A stretch of 51,787 nucleotides of DNA from a bacterium (GTDB lineage: Bacteria > Hydrothermota > 32-111): assembly GCA_050239825.1 (NCBI GenBank), contig JBFXGO010000010.1, positions 1-51,787 of the forward strand. The letters are read 5' to 3'. Positions 8,294 to 18,249 of the stretch are shown piece after piece (within the stretch, counting starts at the first letter, position 1; each line of letters opens with the position of its first letter). The notes under the pieces are model-generated. The model saw only the letters and a list, made by a program, of their open reading frames with translations. It searched no databases and was not told the DNA's origin. Both the position numbers and the translations under genes were made by a program.

Positions 8294-10781
8294 ATGACAA
8301 AAAAAATGATTCTTTTTATTTCCACTTTTATGACAATAACACTCTTCTCGGGGACCCTGTGCGAAGGGATTCTTGATAACGGACTAAGATACTTCATTTA
8401 CTCTGATGAAGAGATGGCCACTTCAAGCTTTAATGTATATGTAAATACAGGCTCCAACACTGAGGAACAATACGGCGGCGCCGGCATATCCCATTATGTA
8501 GAGCACCTAATCGCCGGAGGAACCACCCCATTCAATGATGAGGACGGTTACAATGACACTCTTCAGGCAATAGGCGCATCAATGAACGCTTATACCTCAA
8601 ATGAAGTGACATGCTATTTCATCGCATCATCCGAAGAATTCAAAGAGACTGCAATCCGCACTCTCTCGGAATGGGTGCTTCACTGCTCATTTGATTCTGT
8701 GCAGGTAAACAGAGAGAAAGGAGTCATCGAGAAAGAGATAATAATGTACGACACTCCTGCTACGAACATCTACTATTCTTATGCGGATGAGGTATTCAAA
8801 GATTCTCCGGCATCCTACCCCGTAACAGGATATCTCAATGTGTTCAAAAAAAATAACCCGCGAAAACATACTTGATTACTACAACAGAAGATATGTGCCG
8901 GAAAACATGACTGTCGTCTTTGCGGGCAACCTTGATATAAATGAGACAAAAGCACTCATAGAAAAACATTTCAATACGGAAAGGAGATTTTTTCAAGAGG
9001 TGCAATTAACCGAGCCGGATTATTCAAGAGGCTCATTCGCTACTAAGAGAGATTATGACATTGAAAACAAAAAAATATATCTCGCTTACTATCTTGACTA
9101 CGATTCGCCGAAACAGAGGGCTGTCACTGATATTTTGTCATATATGCTTAATGGAAACAGCGAGATGATTCTTGACAGGGAATTGTGGGATAAGAGCAAG
9201 ATTGCCAATTCAATTGATATTTACATTGAAAATATGTCAAAACTGAGGAGCGTTTTTACTGTATATATGGAGACAGATTCGAGCGGAGAGAGAACCGCAT
9301 TAAAAACTGATTCTATTTTAAAAATGATTGGAAATAGCGAAAAATTCAAAAAGGATTTCAACAAGGCAAAGAGCGCTCTCATCGCTGATGAAAAATTCAA
9401 GACAATCAATTCATTCAACGCTGTAGGAATGATCTATGAAGGTTATATAAAATTTTCAGACCCTAAATACTTTCTTAAAACATCTGACCTTCTTGAAAGA
9501 GTGGAATACAAAGATGTACAGACTCTTGCGAAAGAATTTTTTGAAAAGCCCATGAGTCTTGTCGCAGAAAAGTTTTCTGATGAAACATACCCTGAAAGAA
9601 AGAACTTCAAAATAATTAATTTCCAGGATGAAACTCTGGCAAATGGCAATATCGTAAGGTTCTATGAAACATCAAACATTGATTATTCTCTTATTTTTGT
9701 TTCTTTCCCCTTCGGATACAAAGACGGAGTCAGATTGGGTTCCACTGCATTTATTCAAGGCATGCTTAACGATAAAATGGAGAAATCAGATTTTATAAAA
9801 AAGACACACAGCAGGCATTATGTAATGGTGAATGAAAATAACACAATAATCGGTTTGAAGGTCTTATCGGAAAACAGCAGAAACGCCATTGAATATATTT
9901 CAAAACTTCTTAAAGATGTTTCATTCAATGATGACATGTTTGAAAAACATAAGGCTACTTTGAAAAATACAGCTAAAAACAGAAAGGAAGACCCTGCGGA
10001 TGTTGCCTCCGATGATTTTCAGAGACTATTCGTACAAAACGGAGAATATACGATTTTTCCTTCGGAGAAGGATATAGAATCAGTGACCCTTGAGGACATG
10101 AAGAGAGACATTCAAAACATGCTTTCAGGGAATCAAAAAGTATATATCTGGGGCAATGTTGACAAGGAGTATGCAAGAACTTTTGCAAAAAACCTATATA
10201 GAGAGAATCAGCTGTTCACCCGAAAAACTGACGGATATAGAGAGTTTTCAAGAGACTCGAACAATACCGAGAATAATCAATCGAATATTTATATCGCCTA
10301 TTTCACTGATGAAAAATTTACAGAGAAGGAACTCTACGCCTTAACAATGTTTGCTTCATTTTTTAGGGGCAGTAAATCATTCATACATGAAGCATTGAGA
10401 GGAGAGAATGACCTTGTTTATTACGGATACGGATACCTTGCAGAAAAGGACATGGTTCCGGCATTCATAATGAATGCACAGACCTCTGAGGAGAAGACTG
10501 AAGAGGCGATTAAGGTGATGGAAGAGGTTTTCAATAAAATTTCCTCAGGAGATTTCAAGGATGATGAAATAACAAAGAGAAAGAATGAACAACTTTTGAA
10601 AGTAAGGTTTGAATTCAACAATCCCGAATGGACTCTAATGGGAGACATAAGCGGAAGCTACTCTCCATTTAAAGACAAAAAATACTATCTGAATGAAAAG
10701 ATAGGCTGGGTTACAAAAGATGACATGCTCTCAGCAGTAAAAAAGTTAACAAAATTTAAATCAACTTTGATTTATAAATAG
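8294..10781 (+). pseudogene. M16 (pitrilysin/insulinase) zinc peptidase, split by a +1 frameshift at an A8 run (pseudogene, slippage-prone gene or sequencing error)
   Basis: HYVEH zinc motif and NAYTS in ORF 8291..8875; continuation ITRENILDYYNRRYVPENM in ORF 8838..10781. Removing one A at 8846-8853 joins them into ~830 aa. Confidence 0.82.
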
Positions 10782-10905
10782 GGACGGTGGTTGCAAAAAT
10801 CACCACTATATAAAAAATGGTCATATTTATTCAAATACTATAGAAACATAAACTTGTGTCATTTTAAACTTATAAAAATGCAGCTTTTTGCAACCACCGT
10901 CCCTA
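10779..10905. mobile_element. 127-bp MITE/REP-like element with 21-bp perfect terminal inverted repeats
   Basis: TAGGGACGGTGGTTGCAAAAA (10779-10799) and its exact reverse complement (10885-10905) flank an AT-rich 85-bp core. Confidence 0.65.
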
Positions 10906-11811
10906 AGGTTTTACAGCACAGGAGGGGCGGAAGCCGGTGTGGAGGAAACCAAATTGAGGGTCGGAGCCGACTCTGAATGCTGAGCGAATAGAACTGAAAG
11001 AGAAATAGAATGAGCCGCCGCGAATTACTTTCAATTCTCCTTTTTGCGGCCCTTTGGGATTATCTTTCAAAGAGTTTCTGTATGCATCCCATCCGTACCA
11101 GTCAAAGCACCATTCCCACACATTTCCAGCCATATCATAACAGCCGTACGGGCTGACACCCCATTCAAATAGGCCTACGGGGCTTGTATATTCATATCCG
11201 TCATCCGCATAAACAACATACCTTTCATCATAATGATAATCCGATTCGTTGAATGTGTGATTGCAGTATCTTCCGTCTGAAGGGTCATCATCTCCCCAAG
11301 GATATGTGCGTGAATCGGAGCTCCTTGCCGCTTTTTCCCACTCCGCTTCTGTCGGAAGACGCATTCCGGACCATTTGCAATATGCCTGAGCATCATGCCA
11401 GGTAACCATCACAACAGGATAGTTGGGGTATTTGGTAAAATATTGTTCCATACCTTTGAACTCAGGGTCCTTCGGATACTCTCTCTTCGTCTCATCGCAG
11501 AATCTTTTGTACTGTTGGTTTGTCACTTCATATTTCCCAATGTAGTACTCGTCAAGATACACTTGATGCTTCGGCTCCTCTCCTATCTCATGCGCATCGT
11601 CACCCATCATAAAGTTTCCCTCAGGAACGAGTATCATCACACTGCTGTCTTTCTCGTTCAGATATTCTTCATATCCCCTCGAGTTTTCTCCTATGAACTT
11701 CATATCGGCTATCACGGGTTTGTTTTTATTCCTTGAAATGGAAACATTGAGCCCGAAGAGCAGTGCTACTACCAATGCGATGATGAGCGCTATCACATCC
11801 CGTTTATTCAT
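10903..11811 (-). CDS. Formylglycine-generating enzyme (SUMF1/FGE-sulfatase) family protein, membrane anchored
   Basis: GKYEVTNQQY, RLPTEAEWEKAAR, DMAGNVWEW, RGGSF, GFR. The catalytic Cys pair after RGGS is absent. Confidence 0.92.
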   Translation of the reverse strand: MNKRDVIALIIALVVALLFGLNVSISRNKNKPVIADMKFIGENSRGYEEYLNEKDSSVMILVPEGNFMMGDDAHEIGEEPKHQVYLDEYYIGKYEVTNQQYKRFCDETKREYPKDPEFKGMEQYFTKYPNYPVVMVTWHDAQAYCKWSGMRLPTEAEWEKAARSSDSRTYPWGDDDPSDGRYCNHTFNESDYHYDERYVVYADDGYEYTSPVGLFEWGVSPYGCYDMAGNVWEWCFDWYGWDAYRNSLKDNPKGPQKGELKVIRGGSFYFSFSSIRSAFRVGSDPQFGFLHTGFRPSCAVKP

Positions 11812-11816
11812 AATTT

Positions 11817-13064
11817 CTATAATCCGTATTGAATATAGAGTGAGTCAAGATACTCTGATAGCTGAGGGAATAGATGCGGTCCGCGTTTGTCGAGATTCTC
11901 CTTTATGAATTTCACAATCCCTTTCTGTTTCTTTGTCTGTTGGCTTATCCCGTATTGTTCATAAAGCTGCAGCAGTACAGAAATATAGTTTGCCAAAATC
12001 ATACTGCATCTCGGATAATCAAGGGAAAGAATTTCAGGATACTTTTCAAAACTCTTCTTATTCATTAGAATCTTCTCTGTGTTTTTTATATCTATTTTTT
12101 CATTTTCTTCAAGAATTTTCGGTGTCAGTTTCAACACAAATCCGCTTATCTGAAGAAAATCATTCATAGATGCGCGCCACTTTGCACTTGTTCCGAGAGT
12201 GAAGCAGATATCTCTCTCCCAATTATTCTCTCTTACCAAATCTATCAGAAGCATCGTGCCGGGCATCACAACCTTCTCACCATTATAATCAAAGTTCTCT
12301 TCAAGCTTCCATTTCATCATATAGTCGGCAGACAGTTTGTACTTCTTTCTTATTTCAGCTGATATTTTCACTATTTGCTCGGCTGTATCAAGTTTCATAA
12401 CAGACATTGAATCGATTTGCTCTTTTGTCCAGCTCGTTTTAACAGGAGGAAAATAATTTACAATGCCCTCCCTTATAAAATTCACAAAGAGCGGATATGA
12501 TAAAAGTCCGGTCGGCACGGCAGTGACATCTCTTCTGTAATTTTCGCACGCTTGCAGATACCATATTGAATTGAGCTCTGCATCGCCTCCTCCGAAGAGT
12601 ATCGCATTTTTGGCGCAGGAATTCAAAACATTCTTCGCATACTCCAGCATCCAGTCCGGGTACCCTTTCGCCTCGCGGCCTTTTAAAAATTCCGCCTTCG
12701 ATTTTACCGTATCACCGAATATGAACGCATAGTGCCCCCTCACGCCGTACTCTACTCCAAGATAGTAATATGCATTCCCTATTGTGTCGCTCTTTGAAAC
12801 TGCTTTATTCAGGTATTCAATCACCTTGTCGGATTTCTCCTCATCATAGCCTCGCCGTCCAGTATCGTACAATTTGTAATGGAGGTATCTTCCCAGGTAG
12901 AACCACCCCTCAGCATCATCAGGATTTTCCTCTGTGTACTTTTCCGTTATTTCCATGACCTCATCTATTTTATTCTCTTTGAACTTCTCGTGAGCCTCTT
13001 CAAGCTCTACTGAATAAGCAAAAGAAAAAGAGATACAGATGAGAGCAATCAGAAATTTTTTCAT
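11817..13064 (-). CDS. Exported TPR protein with DUF2723/TMEM260-like C-terminal soluble domain
   Basis: Signal peptide from ATG 13064; TPRs (AEGWFYLGRYL, AYYYLGVEY). NAILFGGGDAELNSIWYLQ..RRDV resembles the DUF2723 C-terminal region. Confidence 0.65.
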   Translation of the reverse strand: MKKFLIALICISFSFAYSVELEEAHEKFKENKIDEVMEITEKYTEENPDDAEGWFYLGRYLHYKLYDTGRRGYDEEKSDKVIEYLNKAVSKSDTIGNAYYYLGVEYGVRGHYAFIFGDTVKSKAEFLKGREAKGYPDWMLEYAKNVLNSCAKNAILFGGGDAELNSIWYLQACENYRRDVTAVPTGLLSYPLFVNFIREGIVNYFPPVKTSWTKEQIDSMSVMKLDTAEQIVKISAEIRKKYKLSADYMMKWKLEENFDYNGEKVVMPGTMLLIDLVRENNWERDICFTLGTSAKWRASMNDFLQISGFVLKLTPKILEENEKIDIKNTEKILMNKKSFEKYPEILSLDYPRCSMILANYISVLLQLYEQYGISQQTKKQKGIVKFIKENLDKRGPHLFPQLSEYLDSLYIQYGL

Positions 13065-13089
13065 TTTTTTTTGTCCTGTTATCGCCACT

Positions 13090-14415
13090 CTATGGTTTTG
13101 TTTTTTCGGTTAAAATGGTCAAGTCATATATCCTTGAACGGATTTCGGAATTTATCTTGTCTAATCTGTCAAGAAGGTCTGCGGCATTCTCCTTTGGTAC
13201 AGGCGGAGTTGAAGATATGTACTGAGAAACTGAAAGATTGAATCCATTCTCGGCAATTTTTTGATTTGAAACGAGCCTTTTTTTGCTCTCCTTGTCAAAC
13301 CTGAATACTGTCATATCCTTTATCTCGCGGCTTTTATTCATGTTTATCGAAACAAACGCCGCATCAACAGCTTTTCCGGTAAATACATTCATCGGAAGAT
13401 TCTCAATGTGGTAGAGTATGTCATTCTCTACAAGATACCTTCGCAAGTCGCTATCTCCTGCGGTGAGAAAAGAATATGGAACAATCATGTTCAGAATTCC
13501 ATCTTCTTTGAGTGATGAAAGAAGAAAACTGTATATAAGGTTTTTATATTCATTCAAATTCCCCACTTTGACAGTTAGAAGCTCTTGCAGTCTCTTCATT
13601 TTCTTTCTGTCAGGATTGTCATCAAAATAAAGAATCGGCAGAGCCGCAATCAAATCAAATTTCTTCAGTTTACCGTTTCCATCGAGAATCGGTTCATCCA
13701 AAAAAGATTTCTTTTTAATGCAAAAATCCATCTCAATGCAATCCTTGAAAAAATTATCCAGAAAAAGAAAAACTGTAAACTCATCATCAAAACACATGTT
13801 GCCATAGATTTTCACGGACTTCATCTCTCCTGATTCCAACACACTGGGAATTTCATACATTATGTCGCTCTTTGAAATAACAGGATTATATATTTCCTGA
13901 TTTTCCCTGTTGTTTGAGAATCTGAAAAGCATATTCCCTGAATGGCCGTCAATCTCCTCTTTGTCAATCTCCCCGGCATTCTTCCACAGGTAATATTGTT
14001 TCAGCTGTTTCAAAAGAACCCGCATGCTCTCAGGGATTTTCCTGACTTCAACATTCTTCTGTATGTCTGTCAAAATATCAAGAAAACCCTTTATGATTTT
14101 GTTCCTGCTCTCTTTGGTTCGTCCGATTTCAGTAAAATCAGAGCGTTTCACAAGCATATCCATTAAAGGATTGACGCTCTTGAAGTGAGACAGAAGAGAA
14201 TTTACCTCTTTGTCAAGATTTTCATTCAACCTCATCAAGTAAAAAAAATCTTTATTTGATTGGAAGTATTTTTTCTTGTTTTCATTTGAAAATGACAGAA
14301 GCTGAATGAGCATCAGGGAAAGGATGTAAAAGACATTATCTCTATCATCAGAACTCCTCAGGGTCTCCCAAAGTCTTCTTGATATTTTCCGCATCTCACT
14401 CAGATTCACTTTCAT
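13090..14415 (-). CDS. Second degenerate Type I HsdM-like protein, predicted catalytically inactive
   Basis: LWETLRS N-terminus, IGRTKESRNKII, PILDGNGKLKKFDLI, LRRYLVENDIL..LPMNVF, KIAENGFNLSVSQYI. Motif I reads IYNPVISKSD and motif IV reads AALPILY. Start at 14415 or 14394. Confidence 0.8.
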   Translation of the reverse strand: MKVNLSEMRKISRRLWETLRSSDDRDNVFYILSLMLIQLLSFSNENKKKYFQSNKDFFYLMRLNENLDKEVNSLLSHFKSVNPLMDMLVKRSDFTEIGRTKESRNKIIKGFLDILTDIQKNVEVRKIPESMRVLLKQLKQYYLWKNAGEIDKEEIDGHSGNMLFRFSNNRENQEIYNPVISKSDIMYEIPSVLESGEMKSVKIYGNMCFDDEFTVFLFLDNFFKDCIEMDFCIKKKSFLDEPILDGNGKLKKFDLIAALPILYFDDNPDRKKMKRLQELLTVKVGNLNEYKNLIYSFLLSSLKEDGILNMIVPYSFLTAGDSDLRRYLVENDILYHIENLPMNVFTGKAVDAAFVSINMNKSREIKDMTVFRFDKESKKRLVSNQKIAENGFNLSVSQYISSTPPVPKENAADLLDRLDKINSEIRSRIYDLTILTEKTKP

Positions 14416-15025
14416 ACTTCTCCAGATATTTTCCTTCAATTGTCTTTGCAAGCGTTAGAAATGTGTTTCTCTGCTCCACAAAAAGATTTTTTATCTCATT
14501 CATCGCCTTTATGGAATTCAACATTCTCTCTCTCTCTTCGGCATCTTCGAAAAGAGGCACTTCAAGCAAGCTTAGAACCCTTTGGTTGAGGTTGACTACT
14601 CCTTCCGACGACTCTGAAAGTTTTTTTAGCGCATTCTCTCCATATACAGACCTGAGAAAGAAATTGAGTATTTCGCTCGGGTAATCCGCCTTCTCTTTCA
14701 TCTGTATGCATATAAGATTTGAAGATATTAATGTGTTGTTTTTTACAGACATCGGCACAATAGCGGTTTTCAGTTTGGTTCCCCTCGAACTTATTAGAAT
14801 GTTATTGTATTTTACAAGATACTTGGTAACTCTGCTTGAATCATCAAGTTTAATCTCCATAAGTGATTTAGATATATTGGAATCATCGTCAATGTCCGAA
14901 ATGTTTATTATCCTATACTCTCTCTTTGGATTTTTTTCAAAAGGAGAATCAGGCAAATTTTTTTCTTTGGGAAGCACGATTCCTGTAAACATATCAGCTA
15001 TGTCAGTTAAAAGAATTTTCTTCAT
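14396..15025 (-). CDS. Second half-size (single TRD) Type I HsdS-like subunit
   Basis: LTDIADMFTG..INISDI..NNILISSRGTKLK..SSNLICI..LEVPL; paralogous to 5470..6075. Confidence 0.82.
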   Translation of the reverse strand: MKKILLTDIADMFTGIVLPKEKNLPDSPFEKNPKREYRIINISDIDDDSNISKSLMEIKLDDSSRVTKYLVKYNNILISSRGTKLKTAIVPMSVKNNTLISSNLICIQMKEKADYPSEILNFFLRSVYGENALKKLSESSEGVVNLNQRVLSLLEVPLFEDAEERERMLNSIKAMNEIKNLFVEQRNTFLTLAKTIEGKYLEKYESESE

Positions 15026-15031
15026 ATCATT

Positions 15032-15060
15032 ATAATAGGCATAGAAAACGCAAAAGTCAA
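15032..15060 (-). promoter_or_regulatory. Leaderless promoter TTGACT-N17-TATTAT
   Basis: -35 at 15055-15060, -10 at 15032-15037, ATG 6 nt later; same layout as 6082-6110. Confidence 0.7.
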
Positions 15061-15119
15061 GTATATACTTAAATATAGGAATATCTGATAATTCACATTT
15101 TTCACCCCCCGCCGCTCTG

Positions 15120-15148
15120 TTGACAAAATGAGAGGTTATGATTAATAT
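15120..15148 (+). promoter_or_regulatory. Putative sigma70 promoter TTGACA-N17-TAATAT
   Basis: Read directly upstream of the AAGGAG RBS of 15167. Confidence 0.55.
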
Positions 15149-15166
15149 AGTAAAAAAGGAGATATA

Positions 15167-16273
15167 ATGAAAGTGCGCACTGTTACATTTTTTTACAGGT
15201 TCAAAGATTTCTTCATAGGCAATGACTTTTTGAGATTCCTGTCGAATGCTAAATCGGTTGAGGAGGATTTCTCAAAAGCAGGATTCAAGCCACAGACGGT
15301 GAGAGTCACCACCAACATCTCCGATTTCATAAGCAGCGAAAGGGATGTTAAAAATTCACTTATTTTAGAGGATATCTGCGAAGATTTCGGATTCACATTC
15401 GTCAATTACGGAAAATTCAACAAAAACATACGCTTTCTTCCTCTTCTTTTTGACAGAACAAAAAATGTCTCCGCATCAAGCGAAATAAATTGTTCGTCAG
15501 AGATTGATTTCAATATGCTTGAACGAGCATCATCTGTTATTCCAGATATATCTGATTTGGGAAAGAACAAGAATTTCAACTACTCTGTTTCAATGAACAT
15601 CCGAGAGCATACTCCTTTTTATCCGGCATCCTATGCCTCCAAAGAGGGCTTCTCCATAGGATTTGAAAACGGCGACCTTCTCCAGAAATCCTTTTTCAAT
15701 GCGAAGAGTTTCACAACCGCAGGAAAGATTCTACTTGAAACGTTGAACAAGAATTACATCCCTGTTGAGGAGAGAGCAAAGATGCTCTCCAAGAAGCATA
15801 AAATAGCATACCTCGGCATTGATACATCTTTTGCGCCCGGTCTTAATAAAGATGACTCTGTCATGAAAAGTTTTGACATCCTTAAAAAAAACACGGGTGC
15901 AAATTATCTTGCAATTGCGGGACTCATTACGGATGCGGCAAAGAGAGCGGAAGTCAAGAGAGTCGGCTACTGCGGACTTATGCTGCCTGTGTGCGAAGAC
16001 ATTTATCTTGCAAAGGAAGCTGATGAAAGGAAAGTAAATATTGAAAGACTTCTTTTTCTTTCGACGGTGTGCGGATGCGGGCTTGACACCATACCTGTCT
16101 CAGGAAACATAGGCAAAAAAAGAATTTCAGCCATCCTTCTTGATACTGCGACTCTATCAAAGAAACTTCAGAAGCCCCTCTCAGTGCGGCTTCTTCCTGT
16201 CAAAGGGATAAAGAAGGGAGAAAGAACAAAATTCTCCTCAAAGTATCTCGTTGATTCGAAGGCAATGGAATAA
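15167..16273 (+). CDS. DUF711 (UPF0210, PFL-like) family protein
   Basis: GIDTSFAP, GYCGLMLPVCED, TVCGCGLDTIPV and KPLSVRLLPV motifs. Confidence 0.85.
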   Translation: MKVRTVTFFYRFKDFFIGNDFLRFLSNAKSVEEDFSKAGFKPQTVRVTTNISDFISSERDVKNSLILEDICEDFGFTFVNYGKFNKNIRFLPLLFDRTKNVSASSEINCSSEIDFNMLERASSVIPDISDLGKNKNFNYSVSMNIREHTPFYPASYASKEGFSIGFENGDLLQKSFFNAKSFTTAGKILLETLNKNYIPVEERAKMLSKKHKIAYLGIDTSFAPGLNKDDSVMKSFDILKKNTGANYLAIAGLITDAAKRAEVKRVGYCGLMLPVCEDIYLAKEADERKVNIERLLFLSTVCGCGLDTIPVSGNIGKKRISAILLDTATLSKKLQKPLSVRLLPVKGIKKGERTKFSSKYLVDSKAME

Positions 16274-16309
16274 GTGGACTGCCGAATAGCCAAGCGCCCG
16301 TTCGCATTT

Positions 16310-16333
16310 TAACTCGTAACCCGTAACTCGTAA
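16310..16333. repeat. Short tandem heptamer repeat (TAACYCG)x3
   Basis: TAACTCG TAACCCG TAACTCG TAA in a convergent intergenic region. Confidence 0.6.
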
Positions 16334-16423
16334 TGCATTTCGATTCGTGATTTTGGACTGGTGACTAGTGATGTCTTTTCCTATGACTCTCAATATTTAA
16401 CAGATTGTTATATCTTGGAATAA

Positions 16424-17530
16424 TCAGAATTGATACTTTATATCAAGGTAGGTGATAAAAGGCACTTTAAAAAACTCATCCCTTAAAGCTCCCGTTGTGC
16501 CGACCCCTCCTAAAGATATCTTCAAATATGATTTCGGAATGAAACTCAAAATCACACCTGCAATTGAAGAAAAATCATCAAGATTTGAAGCAGAGACTAT
16601 GCTTGCCTCAAACTTCTCTCCTCTGTTTAGGATGAGAGAGGAGAACAGATAATACTTTCCCATAAGAAAATCACCGTTTAGAAGCCGGTTTATATGCGAC
16701 AGGTCAGAGTAAGGCGCGCTGTTTCCCGCAAAATTCGCAAACACCTCGCCAAGAATATATACTCTGTCAAAGAATGTGTAATCGGCACCGGCGGTTAAAT
16801 AAAGCCTTTTGTTTCTCTCATCTCTGAAAACGACAGTCTCGCACCATAGCCCAGGTCCGAAATAATCGCTGATAAATGAGAAACTTCCCATGAAATTTTC
16901 CAGAGTGTCTGCGGCAAGAAGATTCACCTGCTCCCTGAACAGATGCGCGACGGAAACTTTTGCCGCTCCGTATAAAAACATATACTCAGCATACAGACCC
17001 TGCTTTGTATTTTCATACACATCTCCGTCCTGATAGACTGCAGAGAGGGTGAGATTGTCATAAGAGTAGGATGCGCTTGCGGCTTCAACTCCAGTCGCTA
17101 CAGAATATATATTGAACGGAATTTCGCGGGTGAATATATCTGCGGGAGAATAAATCTCCGAAATGCCCCATTTCAGAGGTATTCTGCCGACCTTTAGATT
17201 AAAACTGTTCATGTAAAAAGAAAGATACACCTGAGTTATGTCATAGTCATTCTTCAACTGAATGTATGCGGGCGGGACAAATCCTATGAGAGAAAGATCT
17301 ATGTCCGGATATGTTATGATATACCTTGAATCTCCATTGTAAAATCTTCCGTAAAACCTGCAATAGAATTTCACAAAATCGCTTTCATTTGACAATGTCC
17401 CGGTGAGTGTGTGCGCTGAAAAATAGTTCATCTTGTAGAAGTAAAAATAGTTGAAAGAATATTCGCCGGATGCGTCAAACCCAAAAGCCAAAAGTGGCAG
17501 AAACAAAATCAGAAGGAATGTCTTTTTCAT
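16424..17530 (-). CDS. Putative outer-membrane beta-barrel protein
   Basis: Signal peptide, LKVGRIPLKWG motif, C-terminal Y-x-F (KYQF). Confidence 0.75.
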   Translation of the reverse strand: MKKTFLLILFLPLLAFGFDASGEYSFNYFYFYKMNYFSAHTLTGTLSNESDFVKFYCRFYGRFYNGDSRYIITYPDIDLSLIGFVPPAYIQLKNDYDITQVYLSFYMNSFNLKVGRIPLKWGISEIYSPADIFTREIPFNIYSVATGVEAASASYSYDNLTLSAVYQDGDVYENTKQGLYAEYMFLYGAAKVSVAHLFREQVNLLAADTLENFMGSFSFISDYFGPGLWCETVVFRDERNKRLYLTAGADYTFFDRVYILGEVFANFAGNSAPYSDLSHINRLLNGDFLMGKYYLFSSLILNRGEKFEASIVSASNLDDFSSIAGVILSFIPKSYLKISLGGVGTTGALRDEFFKVPFITYLDIKYQF

Positions 17531-18246
17531 CTCTCCAGATATACTTTTGTAAAGTAAGAGTCGGGTATTTTTGTTGACATGTCTATGCTCTCGTAAGTAA
17601 TTTCGGTTGACATGTTTTTCTGAAGAAGGTCTCTCATAAGAACCTTTGTCGGAATATATATTCCGTTGATTTCCTTGTAATCCTCTATCTCGAATTCCTT
17701 CAGAAGTCTCTTTGATGAAGAGTATATCTCTTCCCTTCTCGGCAGATAATTATCTTTCGTCACATAGCTTTTTTTCATTTTATACGGCGCATTGTCTACC
17801 TTCGCAGTCATCGTAAGTATGTAATACAAAGAATCCTCTTCAAGTTCTATACTGTAAATGTCGCGTATCTTCCTTGCCTCAGAGATATCCTCATAGGAAA
17901 AATTACTGCCCATAAACCCCTCTTTGAGCATGTGCCCTTTTATAAGAACAGACCTTCCGGCAGAGGGTATGAAGAGCCACATTGCATCGTCCTTCTTCAA
18001 AAACCGTGACTTGCCGCCTTCGGAGGATTCAATCACTTCGACCAGAACATTCGCCTCGTCTTTGACATACATCTTCATCCGCATGGTTCTCACACCCTCT
18101 TCCGAGGAAACTTTCATAGTCGAAAGATATGTCACCTTTGTGCGCACCATGTTCTTCTCAACTCTCTCCATAACCTCATCTATCGTGGCTGAATAAGCTA
18201 CAAGGTATAAGAGAGTTGCAAGCAAAAAGAGAGATGTTTTTTTCAT
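17527..18246 (-). CDS. Outer-membrane lipoprotein-sorting (LolA-like) protein
   Basis: MWLFIPS..FMGSNFSYED signature; signal peptide. Confidence 0.88.
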   Translation of the reverse strand: MKKTSLFLLATLLYLVAYSATIDEVMERVEKNMVRTKVTYLSTMKVSSEEGVRTMRMKMYVKDEANVLVEVIESSEGGKSRFLKKDDAMWLFIPSAGRSVLIKGHMLKEGFMGSNFSYEDISEARKIRDIYSIELEEDSLYYILTMTAKVDNAPYKMKKSYVTKDNYLPRREEIYSSSKRLLKEFEIEDYKEINGIYIPTKVLMRDLLQKNMSTEITYESIDMSTKIPDSYFTKVYLER

Positions 18247-18249
18247 TAT

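Noticed and set aside
10791..10976. 61-aa ORF starting inside the inverted-repeat element
   Set aside because: TTG start, no SD, overlaps the FGE gene antisense; not transposase-like.
4018..15025. Functional Type I restriction-modification system or hsdS shufflon
   Set aside because: No hsdR, no intact MTase motifs, no recombinase, and no obvious nucleotide-level repeats between the two hsdS-like genes in this window.
16290..16380. Possible CRISPR array
   Set aside because: Repeats are 7-bp tandem units with no spacers, and no cas genes are present.
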